From assembly GCA_035221665.1 (NCBI GenBank), contig CM069155.1, forward strand, positions 29,388,001-29,452,000: a DNA stretch of 64,000 bases, written 5' to 3'. Under the pieces are notes generated by a model that was not told where the DNA came from, did not search any database, and saw only the letters and a program-made list of their open reading frames with translations. The stretch comes from Okamejei kenojei. Taxonomy: Eukaryota. Of the stretch, positions 22,917 to 37,044 are shown in pieces; position 1 is the stretch's first letter; the number at the start of each line of letters is the position of its first letter. The position numbers and the translations under genes were made by a program.

Positions 22917-25900
22917 TAAGGTAGAAACATAGAAACATAGAAAATAGGTGCAGGAGTAGGCCATTCGGCCCTTCGAACCTGCACCGCCATTCAATATGAT
23001 CATGGCTGATCATCCAACTCAGTATCCCGTACCTGACTTCTCTCCATACCCCCCCTTTCGCCACAAGGGCCACATCTAACTCCCTCTTAAATATAGCCAA
23101 TGAACTGGCCTCAACTACCTTCTGTTGCAGAGAATTCCAGAGACTCACCACTTTCTGTGTGAAAAATGTTTTCCTCATCTCGGTCCTAAAGGAATTCCCC
23201 TTTATCCTTAGACTGTGACCCCTTGTTCTGGACCTCCCCAACATCGGGAGCAATCTACCTGAATCTAGCCTATCCAACCCGTTAAGAATGTTGTAAGTTT
23301 CTATAAGATCCCCCCTCAGTCTTCTAAATTCTAGCGAGTACAAGCCAAGTCTATCCAGTCTTTCATAGAAACATAGAACCATAGAAATAGGTTCAGTATC
23401 CCGTACCTGCCTTCTCTCCATACCCTCTGATCCCCTTAGCCACAAGGGCCACATCTAACTCCCTCTTAAATATAGCCAATGAACTGGCCTCCACTACCCT
23501 CTGTGGCAGAGAGTTCCAGAGACCCACCACTCTCTGTGTGAAAAAAGCCGTTCTCATCTCGGTCCTAAAGGATTTCCCCTTATTCTTAAACTGTGACCCC
23601 TTGTCCTGGACCTCCCCAACATCGGGAACAATCTTCCTGCATCCAGCCTATCCAACCTCTTAAGAATTTTGTAAGTTTCTATAAGATCCCCTCTCAATCT
23701 CCTAAATTCTAGAGAGTATAAACCAAGTCTATCCAGTCTTTCTTCATAAGACAGTCCTGACATCCCAGGAATCAGTCTGGTGAATCTTCTCTGCACTCCC
23801 TCTATGGCAATAATGTCCTTCCTCAGATTTGGAGACCAGAACTGTACGCAATACTCCAGGTGTGGTCTCACCATTACACTATACAACTGAAGTAGAACCT
23901 CCCTGCTCCTATATTCAAATCCTTTTGCTATGAAAGCTAACATACCATTCACTTTCTTCACTGCCTGCTGCACCTGCATGCCTACTTTCAATGACTGGTG
24001 CACCATGAAACCAGGTCTCGCTGCATCTCCCCTTTTCCTAATCGGCCACCATTTAGATAATAGTCTGCTTTCCTGTTTTTGCCACCAAAGTGGATAACCT
24101 CACATTTATCCACATTATACTGCATCTGCCAAACATTTTCCCACTCACCCAGCCTATCCAAGTCACCTTGCAGTCTCCTAGCATCCTCCTCACAGCTAAC
24201 ACTGCCCCCCAGCTTAGTGTCATCCGCAAACTTGGAGATATTCCCTCATCCAGATCATTAATATATATTGTAAATAGCTGGGGTCCCAGCACTGAGCCTT
24301 GCGGTACCCCACTAGTCACTGCCTGCCATTGTGAAAAGGACCCGTTTACTCCTACTCTTTGCTTCCTGTTTGCCAGCCAGTTCTCTATCCACATCAATAC
24401 TGAACCCCCAATGGAGTCTGCTTTAAGTTTGTATACTAATCTCTTATGTGGGACCTTGTCGAAGATTCATTAGACATGATTTACCTTTCATAAATCCATG
24501 CTGACTTTGTCCAATGATTTCACCACTTTCCAAATGTGCTGCTATCCCATCTTTAATAACTGACTCTAGCAGTTTCCCCACTACCGATGTTAGACTAACT
24601 GGTCTGTAATTCCCCATTTTCTCTCTCCCTCCCTTCTTAAAAAGAGGGGTTATGTTTGCTACCCGCCAATCCTCAGGAACTACTCCAGAATCTAAAGAGT
24701 TTTGAAAGATTATCACTAATGCATCCACTATTTCCGGAGCTACTTCCTTAAGTACTCTGGGATGCAGTCAATCTGGCCCTGGGGATTTATCGGCCTTTAA
24801 TCCATTCAATTTACCCAACACCACTTCCCGACTAACCTGGATTTCACTCAATTCCTCCTTTGACCCGCGGTCCCCTGCTATTTCCGGCAGATTATTTATG
24901 TCTTCCTTAGTGAAGATGGAACCAACGTAGTTATTCAATTGGTCTGCCATGTCCTTGTTCCCCATGATCAACTCACCTGTTTCTGACTGCAAGGGACCTA
25001 CATTTCCTCATATGAAAGTCCTGACATCCAAGGAATCAGTCTGGTGAACCTTCTCTGTACCCCCTCTATGGCAAGAATGTCTTTCCTCAGATTTGGAGAC
25101 CAAAACTGTACGCAATATTCCAGATGTGGTCTCACCAAAACCCTGTACAACTGCAGTAGAACCTCCCTGCTCCTATACTCAAATCCTTTCGCTATGAACG
25201 CTAACATACCATTTGCTTTCTTCACTGCCTGCTGCACCTGCATGCCTACTTTCAATGATTGGTGTACCATGACACCCAGGTCTCGTTGCATCTCCCCTTT
25301 TCCGAATTTGCCACCATTCAGAAAATAGTCTACCCCCCTGTTTTTGGCACCAACGTGGATAACCTCACATTTATCCACATTATACTGCATCTGCCATGCA
25401 TTTGCCCACTCATCCAACCTATCCAAGTCACCTTGCAGCCTCCTAGCATCCTTCTCACACCTAACACTATCCCCCAGCTTAGTGTCATCTGCAAACTTGG
25501 AGATGTTGCATTCAATTCCCACGTCCAAATCATTAATGTATATTGTACATAGCTGGGGCCAAAGCACTGAGCCTTGCGGTACTACACTAGTCACTGCCTG
25601 CCATTCTGAAAAGGACCTGTTTACTCTTACCCTTTGCTTCCTGTCTGTCAGCCAGTTCTCTATCCACATCAATACTGAACCCCCAATGCCGTGTGCTTTA
25701 AGTATGTATACTAATCTCTTATGTGGGACCTTGTCGAAAGCCTTCTGAGAGTCTAGATATAACACATCCACTGGTTCTCCCTTATCCACTCTACTAGTTA
25801 CATCCTCGAAAAAATCAGACATGATTTACCTTTTGTAAATCCATGCTGACTTTGTCCAATGATTTCACCACTTCCAAAATGTGCTGCTATCCCATCTTTA

Positions 25901-28900
25901 ATAACTGACTCTAGCAGTTTCCCCACTACCAATGTTAGACTAACTGGTCTGTAATTCCCCGTTTTCTCTCTCCCTCCCTTCTTAAAAAGAGGGGTTTGCT
26001 ACCGCCGCCAATCCTCAGGAACTACTCCAGAATCTAAAGCGTTTTGAAAGAATATCACTAATGCATCCACTATTTCTGTGGCTATTTCCTTGAGTACTCT
26101 GGGATACAGACTATCAAGCCCTGGGGATTTATCGGCCTTTAATCCATCCAACACCACTTCCCGGCGATCTTGGATTTCACTCAGTTCCTCCATCTTATTT
26201 GACCCCCGGTCCCCTGCTATTTCCGGCAGATTATTTATGTCTTCCTTAGTGAAGACAGAACCAAAGTAGTTATTCAATTGGTCTGCCATGTCCTTGTTCC
26301 CCATGAACAATTCACCTGTTTCTGACTGCAAGGGACCTACATTTGTTTTAACTAATCTCTTTCTCTTCACATATCTATAAAAACATTTGCAGTCAGTTTT
26401 TATGTTCCCTGCCAGTTTTCTTTCATACTCTATTTTCTCTTTCCTAATTAAGCCCTTTGTCCTCTGCTGGACTCTGAATTTCTCCCAGTCCTCTGGTAGG
26501 CTGCTTTTTCTAACTAATTTTGTATGCTTCATCTTTTGTTTTCCATGGATGCACCACCTTCCCTGATTTATTCTTTTGCCAAACTGGGATGAACAATGGT
26601 TGTAGTTCATCCATGCAGTCTTTAAATACCTTCCATTGCACATCCACTGTCAACCCCTTAAGAATCACTTGCCAGTCTATCTTGGCCAATTCACGTCTCA
26701 TACCTTCAACGTTATCTTTGTTTAAGTTCAGAACCCTTGTTTCTGACTTGATTATGTCACTCTCCATCCTAATGAAGAACTCAACCATATTATGGTCACT
26801 CTTGCCCAAGGGGCCACGCAAAACAAGACTGCTAACTAACCCTTCCTCATTACTCAATACCCAGTCTAGAAAAGCCTGCTCTCTCATTGGTTCCTCTACA
26901 TGTTGGTTTAGAAAACTATCCCGCATACATTCCAATAAAATCCTCTTCCTCAGCACCCCTGTCCATTTGATTCACCCAATCTCATTATATAGATTGAAGT
27001 CACCCATTATACCTGTTTTACCTTTGTTGCACGCATTTCTAATTTCCTGTTTTAAGCCATCCCCAATTCCACTACTACTGTTAGGTGGCCTATACACAAC
27101 TCCCACTAGCGTTTTCTGCCCCTTAGTGTTTCGCAGCTCTACCCATATTGATTCCACATCCTCCAAGCGAATATCCTTCCTTTCTATTGCATTAATCTCC
27201 TCTCTCACCAGCAACGCTACCCCACCTCCTTTTCCTTTCTGTCTATCCCTCCTGAATATTGAATATCCCTGGATGTTCAGCTCCCAGCCTTGGTCCCCCT
27301 GGAGCCATGTCTCCGTGATCCCAAATATAGCATAGTCATTAATAGCTATCTGCACATTCAACTCGTCCACCTTATTACGAATGCTCCTCGTATTGAGACT
27401 CATAGCCTTCAGGCTTGTTTTTACAACACTCTTACTCCTTATACAATTATGTTGACAAGTGGCCCCTTTTGATTTTTGCCCTGGAAACCCACCACCTCTT
27501 ATTCTCTGTTTATTATTTTTTTCTTCTTTCCCCCCTACATGTTGGGTCTGGGTGCTTCCCTTCTCTGCCTCCTGCCTCAGACCCTGTCTACTGGCGTTCT
27601 CTATTTGAGGCCCTCCCCCCAACCGTTCTAGTTTAAAGTTCCCCCAGCAGTCTTTGCAAATTTCCCAGCCAGGATACTTGTCCCCCTCGGGTTCAAGTGG
27701 AACCTGTCCTTTTTATACAGGTCATTCCTTCCCCAAAAGAGGTTCCACTGATCCAGAAACTTGAATCCCTGCCCTCTGCACACCAGTCGTTCAGCCAGGC
27801 ATTTATCCTCCACCTTGCTCCATTCCTACTCTCACTGTCACGTGGCACAGGAAGTAATCCTGAGATTGTTATCTTTGCGGTTAACCTTTTCCTTAACTCT
27901 CTTCCCAACTCCCTAAATTCAGGATCTCTTCCCTTTTTTTACCTATGTCATTGGTACCAATATGTACCATGACCTCAGGCTCCTCTCCCTCCCTTTTCAG
28001 GATATCCTGGACACGTTCAGACACATCCCGGACCTGGCACTAGGGAGGCAAACTACCATCCGGGTCTCCGGACTGCGTCCACAGAATCACCAATCTGACC
28101 CGCTAACTATAGAGTCCCCTATTACTAATGCCCTCCTGTTCTTTTCCTTACCCTTTTTAGCAACAGGGCCAGTGTCAGTACCGCAGGCCGGGTCGCTGTT
28201 GCTACCTCCAGGTAGGCTGTCCCCCCGAACAGTACTCAAACAGGAGTACTTATTTCCAAGGTGTACAGCCACTGGTGTACTCTCTAGCGCCCGCCTCTGC
28301 CCCTTGCCTCTCCTAACCGTGACCCACGTGTCTGCCTCCTGTGGTTTTGGAGAGACTACCTCCCTGTAACTCCTCTCTATGACCTCCTCACTCTCCCTGA
28401 CCAGACGGAGGTCATCGAGCTGCTGCTCCAGGTTCCTAACACACTCCTTTAGGAGCCCCATCTCGACACACCTGGCGCAGATGTGGATGTCTGGAGCGCT
28501 ACCCGACTCCATGACCTCCCACATCTGACATCCAGAACAGTAAGCTGCCCTGGCACTCATACTTCCCTTACCCTAGATACAACACAAAATACAATATACA
28601 ATACAAAAATACAATACAAAATACAAAGTACAGTACACTACAAACTGCTGGAATCTGACTGCCAATCAGCTGCATACTCAAGTCCACCAATCAGCGGCTT
28701 CCTCAAGCCCAGTTAATTGCATGGAACGTTACGGATTTAGAACGTTACGGAATTTGGTTCCTCCCTCACCAACGGCTCCTGGGCCTCTGCTAAAAACAAA
28801 GCCCCGAGCTCGGGTTTTAATCTTACCGCTCGGACGTTGCTCCTCCCTCACCAACGGCTCCTGGGCCTCTGTAAAAACAAAGTAAAAACAAAGCCCCACG

Positions 28901-28962
28901 TTGGGTTTTAAGCTTACCGCTCGGATGTCGCTCCTCCCTCACCAATGGCTCCTAGGCCTCTG
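22917..28962 (-). mobile_element. Compound near full-length CR1 LINE (ORF1 zinc finger + SGNH esterase; ORF2 APE + RT) with extra nested or duplicated 3' segments
   Basis: ORF1 CSGCQMWE..HICARC and LVIGDSIV; ORF2 GITETW, MGDFN, KFADD; (ATAGAAAC)n tails at 22917 and 23365; frameshifted. Confidence 0.95.
28760..28962 (-). repeat. Tandem ~82-91-bp monomers in the CR1 5' UTR
   Basis: CTCCCTCACCAACGGCTCCTGGGCCTCTG recurs at 28761, 28843 and 28934. Confidence 0.85.
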
Positions 28963-29574
28963 GTAGAGAAAGGATTTCATATTAATATTACATTATAAAG
29001 CTTGATACCTTCATGCACCCGCAACCTAACCGGAATAGCAAACCTTTTGTTCTGTCGATGAATCCCAATTGCCATTGGAAGAAGATTCAATGAACGTATT
29101 TTGCTCTTCAAATAAAGCAGACTGGTGACATTTATCGAAAACTTTGATCATCCTTCATGATCTACTGTGCTACTAAACTGGAACTTAATATAATATAATA
29201 TAAATACATTGAAATTATTCTCGGGATCTAGATGCCAGAAGGTTAGACCAGCATGCATTGTACATGTTTATTTATCCTGGGATAGTTTGGTCATTTTAGT
29301 GGCAACAAGTTTTGAGCTAGGATATCTGGGCTGTGAGTCACAGACCAGTTACAATAAAAACTAGTTTCCTTTCTTAAATCCATTGGTATCCCAGGTATTC
29401 AGGACAATTAAAAACTGTATTTGTCCTTTCTCCTGACACCAACTCAACACGGAAGTGTCATTTTCAGAGCGTGATAATAACATAGATTTCAACTGATCTC
29501 CAACAGCTCCGACGTTTATTTACATTGCGGTTTATTGTTAAATTAAGGATTCCTTTCCATATCAATCGATTTCC

Positions 29575-32065
29575 CTTTAGACAATAGACAATAGGTGCAG
29601 GACAATAGATAATAGACAATAGGTGCAGGAGTAGGCCATTCGGTCCTTCGAGCCAGCACCGCCATTCAATGTGATCATGGCTGATCATTCCCAATCCCAT
29701 TCCTGCCTTCTCCCCATATCTCCAGATGCCGCTATCTTTAAGAGCCCTATCTAGATCTCCCTTGAAAGTATCCAGAGAACCGGCCTTCATCGCACTCTGA
29801 GGCAGAGAATTCCACAGACTCACAACTCTGTGTGAAAAGGTGTTTCCTCGTCTCCGTTCTAAATGGCTTACCCCGTATTCTTAAAATGTGGCCCCTGGTT
29901 CTGGACTCCCCCAACATCTGGAACAAGTTTCCTGCCTCTAGCGTGTCCAAACCATTAATAATTTTATATGTTTCAATAAGATCCCCTCTCATTCTTCTAA
30001 ATTAGACTATATTATTGTTTGTTATTTGCACTATATTTGTTATTTATTGAACTTTTACTTTTTTTCCCGTTAAGTACAATGTTTACATATTCACATATTC
30101 TGTTGTGCTGCAGCAAGTAAGAATTTCATTGTCCCGTCCGGGACATATGACAATAAAACACTATTGACTTGACTCTTGACTCTTGTCTTGAATTCCAGAG
30201 TATACAAGCCCAGCCGCTCCATTCTATCAACATATCACAGTCCAGCCAACCCGAAAATTAACCTTGTGAACCTACGCTGCACTCCCTCAATAGCAAGAAT
30301 GTCCTTCCTCAACTTTGGAAACCAAAACTGCACACAATACTGCAGGCATTGTCTCGTTGGGGCCCTGCACATCTGCAGATAGACCTCTTTGCTCTTATAT
30401 TCAATTCCTCTTGTTATGAAGGCCAACATGCCATTCGCTTTCTTCACTATCTGCTGTATGTGCACGTTTACTTTCAGTAATGATGAACAAGGACTCCCCC
30501 CCCCCCCCCCCCCCCACCGATCCCATTGTACTTCCCCTTTCCCCAATTAGATAATAATATGCCTTCCTGTTTTTGCCACCAAAGTGGATAACCTCACATT
30601 TATCCACATTAAACTGCATCTGCCATGCATCTGCCCACTCACCCAACATGTCCATCACCCTGCATCCTCATATCATCCTCTTCACAGTTCGCACTGCCAC
30701 CCAGCTTTGTGTCATCTGCAAATTTGCTAATGTTACTTTGAATCCCTTCATCTAGATCACTAATGTATATTGTAAATAGCTGCGGTCCCAGCACCAAGCC
30801 TTGGGGTACAGCACTAGTCACTGCCTGCCATTCTGAAAGGGACCCGTTAATCCATACTCTTTGTTTCCTGTCTGCCAACCAATTTTCTATCCATGTCAGC
30901 ACCCTACCCCCATTACCTTGTGCTCTAATGTTGCCCACTAATCTCCTATGTGGGACCTTATCAAATGCTTTCTGAAAGTCCAGGTTAACTACATCCACTG
31001 GCTCTCCCTTGTCTATTTTCCTAGTTACATCCTCAAAGAATTCCAGAAGATTAGTCAAGCATGACTAATGGGCCTTTGTAAATCTATGCTGACTCAGACT
31101 GATCCTGCTACTGCTATCCAACTGTGCCGCTATTTCATCTTTTATAATTGACTCCAGCATCTTCCCCGCCACCGATGGCAGACTAACTGGTCTATAATTC
31201 CCTGTTTTCTCTCTCCCACCTACCTAAAAAGTGGGGTAACATTAGCTACCTTCCAATCCACAGGAACTGATCCTGAATCTATAGAACATTGGAAAATGAT
31301 CAACAATGCGTGCATGATTTCCAGAGCCACCTCCTTAAGTAACCTGGGATGCAGACCATCAGACCCTGGGATTTATCCGTCTTCAGTCCCACCAGTCCAT
31401 CCAACACCCTTTGCTGCCGAATGTGCATTACCTTCAGTTCCTCAGTCACCCTAGATCCTCTGGCCACTAGTACATCAGGGAGATTGTTTATGTCCTCCTT
31501 AGTGAAGACGGATCCAAAGTACCTGTTCAACTCGTCTGCCATTTCCTTGTTTCCCATAATAAATTCACCCTTTTCAGTCTTCAATGGTCCAATCTTTGGC
31601 CTTAACTATTTTTTAAACCTCTTCACATACCTAAAGAAGCTTTTACTATCCTCCTTTATATTCCTGGCTAGCTTACCTTCGTAATTCATCATTTCTCCCC
31701 ATATTGCCTTTTTTAGTTATCTTCTGTTGCTCTTTAAAAGCAACACAATCCTCTGGCTTCCCGCTCATCTTTGCTATGTTATACTTCTCTTTTATTTTTA
31801 TACTGCCCATGACTTCCCTTGCAGCCACGGTCGCCCCTTACTCCCCTTAGGCTCTTTCATCCTCTTTGGAATGAACTGATCCTGCAACTTCAGTTTTATT
31901 CCCAGAAATACATGCCATTATTACACTGTCACCCCTGCTAGGGTATCGTTCCAGTCAATTTTGGCCAGCTGCTCCCTCATGGCTCCAGAGTCCCCTTTGT
32001 TCAACTGTAATACTGACACCTTGGATTTACCCTTCTCCCTCTCAAATTGTAGATTGAAACTTATC
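29575..32065 (-). mobile_element. 5'-truncated CR1 LINE (different subfamily) with a Rex1 3' end inserted at ~30005-30185
   Basis: RT motifs [10 protein letters not shown] and KFADD; (ACAATAG)n tail; internal insert ends in (GACTCTT)n. Confidence 0.9.
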
Positions 32066-33765
32066 ATAAAATGAACCAGCGGGAAATAAAGTAAACTCTG
32101 GACATGTTGGGTTTTTTCCCCTCTACGATGCCGAAAAAAGGGATTGTAATAAAGTGTGCTCTACACAGATGCTGCTTGACCCACTGCGTTCCTCTTTCTA
32201 TTTTGTTTTTGTTGCTCTGGAACTGTAGTGAAACATATATTCCAGTAGATGGCGCACCAACACTACGTTAGAATAGTCTAATTTGTTTCTCCGGAAGAAA
32301 GTATAGTTATTTATCTGTAGGTAGTCCCACCACACAACTTGAATACAGGCATCTATCAAACCAGTCTTAATGCTAAAGAAATATAATATTCTATTGGTTT
32401 AAATGATTTCCATCCTAGGCTATGTAGAGTGAGGATCTAAGAGTGTTATTGATGCAACTGCAATCTTTCAATGTTATTTCAGTCTCTGCAACACATATTT
32501 CATTGGCGGAGTTGCACATGTCATTTTACTACTTTAAAAAACCTAAAAGTGGGATAGCAGTAATAGTTTGCTGAATCGTCCGAACAGCTTTCGTTTTTTT
32601 AAGTTTTAGAGATTTAAGGTGTAAATGGGCATTTCGGCCCAGGATTCCGCGCTGGCCACGTTTACCGGTACACCACTTCTATCCTACAAACTAGGGACAA
32701 TGTACAGAAGCCGATTAAACTCCAATCCTGCATATCTTTGGGATACCGGAGGACCACCGGTCACAGGGAGAATATTCAAACTCCAATACAGACAGCATCC
32801 GTAGTCAGGAATGAACACAGGTCTGGATTTAAGAGAGAATTAGATAGAGCTCTAGGGGCTAGTGGAATCAAGGCATATGGGGAGAAGGCAGGCACGGGTT
32901 TTGAGGAGAGGTGCAGGGGGTGTGGTATTGTTTAGTGGCGGCAGTTATATGAAGGGCGATTGCTAGCTGCTGTGGAGGGTAGCTACAATGATCGGAAGAA
33001 ATGCTGACGACGATATGGAGCTCTGCCTCACCAATTACTATTACAATTGAATTATACATCGCCTGTGCTTTCACCTCTTACCGTCTTCTTACCGTCCAGG
33101 GATAGTAAGACTTTACCAGTGTTGTGTTCACATTACACATTTCTTTACATACGGGGAAACAAACATGCATTGCTTAATGGACCACCTGTACTCAGCCCGT
33201 AAATTGAATCCGGAGCTTCAATTTCGGCCATTCTGTGTTGCTTTCTATGATATTTTTGATGTGGATGAGTGGATATTTTTAAGGCAGAGATGAACAAATT
33301 CTTGTTTCGAAACGTGTGTCAAAGGTTATGGGGAGAAGGCAGGGAAATGGGATCAGGAGGCATAGATCGGCGATGATTGAATGCGGTGGAGACTCGACGG
33401 ACCGAATGTGGAGCGCAGAACATGTCCCTTAGCCTCTCGATTAACAAGAAAATATATCGACAGATAAACATACGGGATGTGCTTACAACTGGCCCGTTCA
33501 CCCAGTAGGAATCTATTAGAGGAATTGTGTTCTCGACACCCCCCCCCCCCCCCCCCCCACCTATCAATTACGTGTGGCCTGGGCGTCTGTGGTCTGTCAA
33601 TGATGTGTTTTGTTTTTAAATTTCCTGTTTTGTCCATGCACTTGTTAATTTCTGTGCTTTATATTGCCCTCACCGCTTTTAACTCAACCGTACCCATTAC
33701 AATTCCTACTCTGTCCTCCCTCACCTTGCTTTCTCTTTCTTTCTGTCCCCCGCTCTATATCTCAT

Positions 33766-34138
33766 GTTAGAAACATTGAGAAAACATAGAAATTAGGTGC
33801 AGGAGTAGGCCATTCAGCCCTTCGAGCCTGCACCGCCATTCAATATGATCATGGCTGATCATCCAACTCAGTATCCCGTACCTGCCTTCTCTCCATACCC
33901 TCTGATCCCCCTTAGCCACAAGGGCCACATCCAACTCACTCTTAAATATAGCCAATGAACTGGCCTCAACTACCCTCTGTGGCAGAGAGTTCCAGAGACT
34001 CACCACTCTCTGTGTGAAGAAAGTCTTTCTCATCTCGGTCTTAAGGATTTCCCCCTTATCCTTAAGCTGTGACCCCTTGTCCTGGACTTCCCCAACATCG
34101 GGAACAATCTTCCTGCATCTAGCCTGTCCAACCCCTTA
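33766..34138 (-). mobile_element. CR1 3' fragment
   Basis: Same 3' end and tail as the 22917 element. Confidence 0.88.
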
Positions 34139-34779
34139 ATGTTCTTTCTCACCCTCATTTAGATCCTTTCTCTGTTTCTCTCCATCACTCTTTGCAATTC
34201 TGTTTGTTGGCTTCATGCACCATGAAAGAGAGATTACCCCGATGCACAGCCGAAGACCATTTGGGCAGCAATTTGCTGAAACTTGTGGACTATTCACAAG
34301 GTTGAGCCAAACAAAAATAGCAGAGGTTTCTGTAATCTTTGATATTATTTCTATTCAGTTATTTCTCAGGGGCAACGAAAATTTTACTTTTAAATAGTTT
34401 AAAAGTATATAAATATTTGTATGTCTGTGCACCTACTTCCTTGTGGCTCTCAGATGGTGCAATTATTTACAATTCGCTACCTATGTATCACCCCTATTAA
34501 AACGAAACGACAACCAGCACTACATTAAAATAAATGTATCAGTCACCACTCTGTGCTTATGTTTTCAGAATAACGCCAGTTCTCCTCACTGCATATATAT
34601 TTGAAATGTCAGGACCTCTGTAAGTGGTGTAATTGTGCCCTGAACTTCCACGATTTTGACACATATCGAAAAGGTCGGAGTACCGAATAATGAATTTGCA
34701 GAAAAAAATAGATACTTCTCTCATACAGAATAACAAACTAATACTGTCGTTTTACAAAATGTGTAGGAAGACAACAGTC

Positions 34780-37025
34780 AGTGCTGGTTTATACGGAAGA
34801 TAGATATATAAAGCTGGAATAACTAAGTGGGCCCAGGCAGCACCTCTGGAGCAAAATAATAGGTGACATTTCAGGGAGGGGGTGGGGGAGACTATAGGCA
34901 AGAAAAGGCCAGAATAAAAATAAAGGCAGGTAACAGTTATCCTCAGGAAGGATGGAGCCCAAAATGGCCCATTGTTGTGTGGGGAAGGAGTGATAACGAG
35001 CGGGATACAAGGATGCGAACAGTGGAACTGGTAGGATGACGTGGATGGGGGAGTGGGGTAGGGGGGTTATTAAGGGGGGGATAAAGCAGTTACTAGAAAT
35101 TAAGGACATTAATGTTCATGCCGCTGAGTTGTAAGCTGCCCAAGCGAAATATGAGGTGCTGTTATTCCAATGTTGGGTATGTATGTTATCACGTCTTCCT
35201 CCCCTGCCACTTTCAAATGCTCTATCCCTTACTACCAATTCCTCTGTCGCCGCTGCTGTTTCTCCCAATCTGAGATGTTCCAGACTAGAACATCGGAGAT
35301 GTCCTAATTCTTTAGGGAACTAGAGTTCCACCCTTTTATCATAAATTCGACCATCACACGTGTCACCTCTGTATCGAGCTGTTCCGCACTTGTTCACAAG
35401 CCCCACTTTTTAAGAAAGGCAGGAGAGAGAAAACAGGAAATTATAGACCAGTTAGCTTGATATCGGTGGTGGGGAAGATGCTGGAGTCAATTATAAAAAA
35501 ATGAAATACCGCACATTTGGATAACACTAACAGGATCAGTCCGAGTCAGCATGGATTTATGAAGGGGAAATCATGCTTGACTAATCTCCTGGATTTTTTG
35601 AGGAAGTAACTCGGAAAATGGACCAGTGGATGTAGTGTACCTGGACATTCAGAAAGCATTTGACAAGGTCCCACATAGGAGATTAGTTGGCAAAATGAGG
35701 GCACATGGTATTGGGCGTAGAGTGCTGACATGGATAAAAAATTGGTTGGCAGACAGGATAACAAAGAGTAGGGATTAACGGGTTCCTTTCAGAATGGCTT
35801 GCATTGTTTATTGGGGTACTGCAATGCTTAGTGCCGGGACCTCAGCTATTTACAATATACATCAATGATTTGGATGAAGGAATTCAAAGTAACAGGAGCA
35901 AATTTGCAGATGACACAAAGCTGTGTGGATGTGTGAACTGTGAGGACGATGCTATGAGAATGCAGGGTGACTTTGACAGGTTGGGGGAGTGGGCAGATGC
36001 ATGGCAGATGAAGTTTAATGTGGATAAATGTGAGGTTATCCACTTTGGTATAAAAAACAAGAAGGCAGATTACTATCTAAATGGCGTCAGCTGTACTTTA
36101 TTTCCCAAGGGGAAGTACAACGGGATCTGGGGGTCCTTGTACATCAGTCTATGAAAGTAAGCATGCAGGTACAGCAGGCAGTGAAGAAAGTGAATGGCAT
36201 GTTGGCATTTATAACGAGCGGAGTCGAGTATAGGAGCAAAGAGGTCCTTCTGCAGTTGTACAGAACCCTAGTGAGACCATATCTGGAGTATTGTGTGCAG
36301 TTTTGGTCCCCTAATTTGAGGAAGGACATTCTTGCTATTGAGGGAGTGCAGCGTAGGTTTACAAGGTTCATTCCTGGGATGGCTGGACTGTCATATGCTG
36401 AGAGAATGGACCAGCTGGGCTTGTACACTCTGGAGTTTAGAAGGATGAGAGGATATATTTTTGAAACGTATAAGATTGTTAAGGGTTTGGACACGTTAGA
36501 GGCAGGAAACATGTTCCCGATGTCGGGGGAGTCCAGAACCAGGGGCCACAGTTTAAGAATAAGGGGTAAGCCATTTAGAACGGAGACGAGGAAACACTTT
36601 TTTTGACCGAGAGTTGTGAGTCTGTGGAATTGTCTGCCTCAGGGGGCGGTGGAGGCCAGTTCTCTGCATACTTTCAAGAGAGAGCTAGAAATGGCTCTTA
36701 AAGATAGCGGAGTCAGGGGATATGGGGAGAAGGCAGGAACGGGGCACTGATTGGGGATGATCAGCCATGATCACATTGAATGGTGGTGCTGGCTCAGAGG
36801 GACGAATGGCCTACTCCTGCACCTATTGTCTATTGTCTATTGCCTATTGTCAGTCGCAACAGGGACAGTCATCATCCTCCGAAATTTTCATTACCTCCAA
36901 AGGGATCCCATCATTAGTCACATCATCCCATCTCCACGGTGACCATTCCCTCTGCAACTTTGGTTCATTCATCATTTCCCACCAAACCGCCCTCTCCCCT
37001 GGGTCTTTCCCTTGCAACTGCAGGT
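34780..37025 (+). mobile_element. Penelope-like element remnant (inverted 5' terminal repeat + RT C-terminal region) interrupted by a CR1 (35396-36850)
   Basis: Inverted pLTR-like segment ~34780-35170; degenerate SIPYSQFLR..CS-type RT-thumb coding at ~35200-35390 resumes after the CR1 tail at 36851. Confidence 0.7.
35396..36850 (+). mobile_element. CR1 RT-3' fragment
   Basis: KFADD and LEYCVQFWSP motifs; (TATTGTC)n tail. Confidence 0.92.
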
Positions 37026-37044
37026 CAATGAATTGGCCTCCACT

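Noticed and set aside
26520-27335. 271-aa + strand ORF and similar ORFs opposite CR1 copies
   Set aside because: Antisense shadows of CR1 ORF2.
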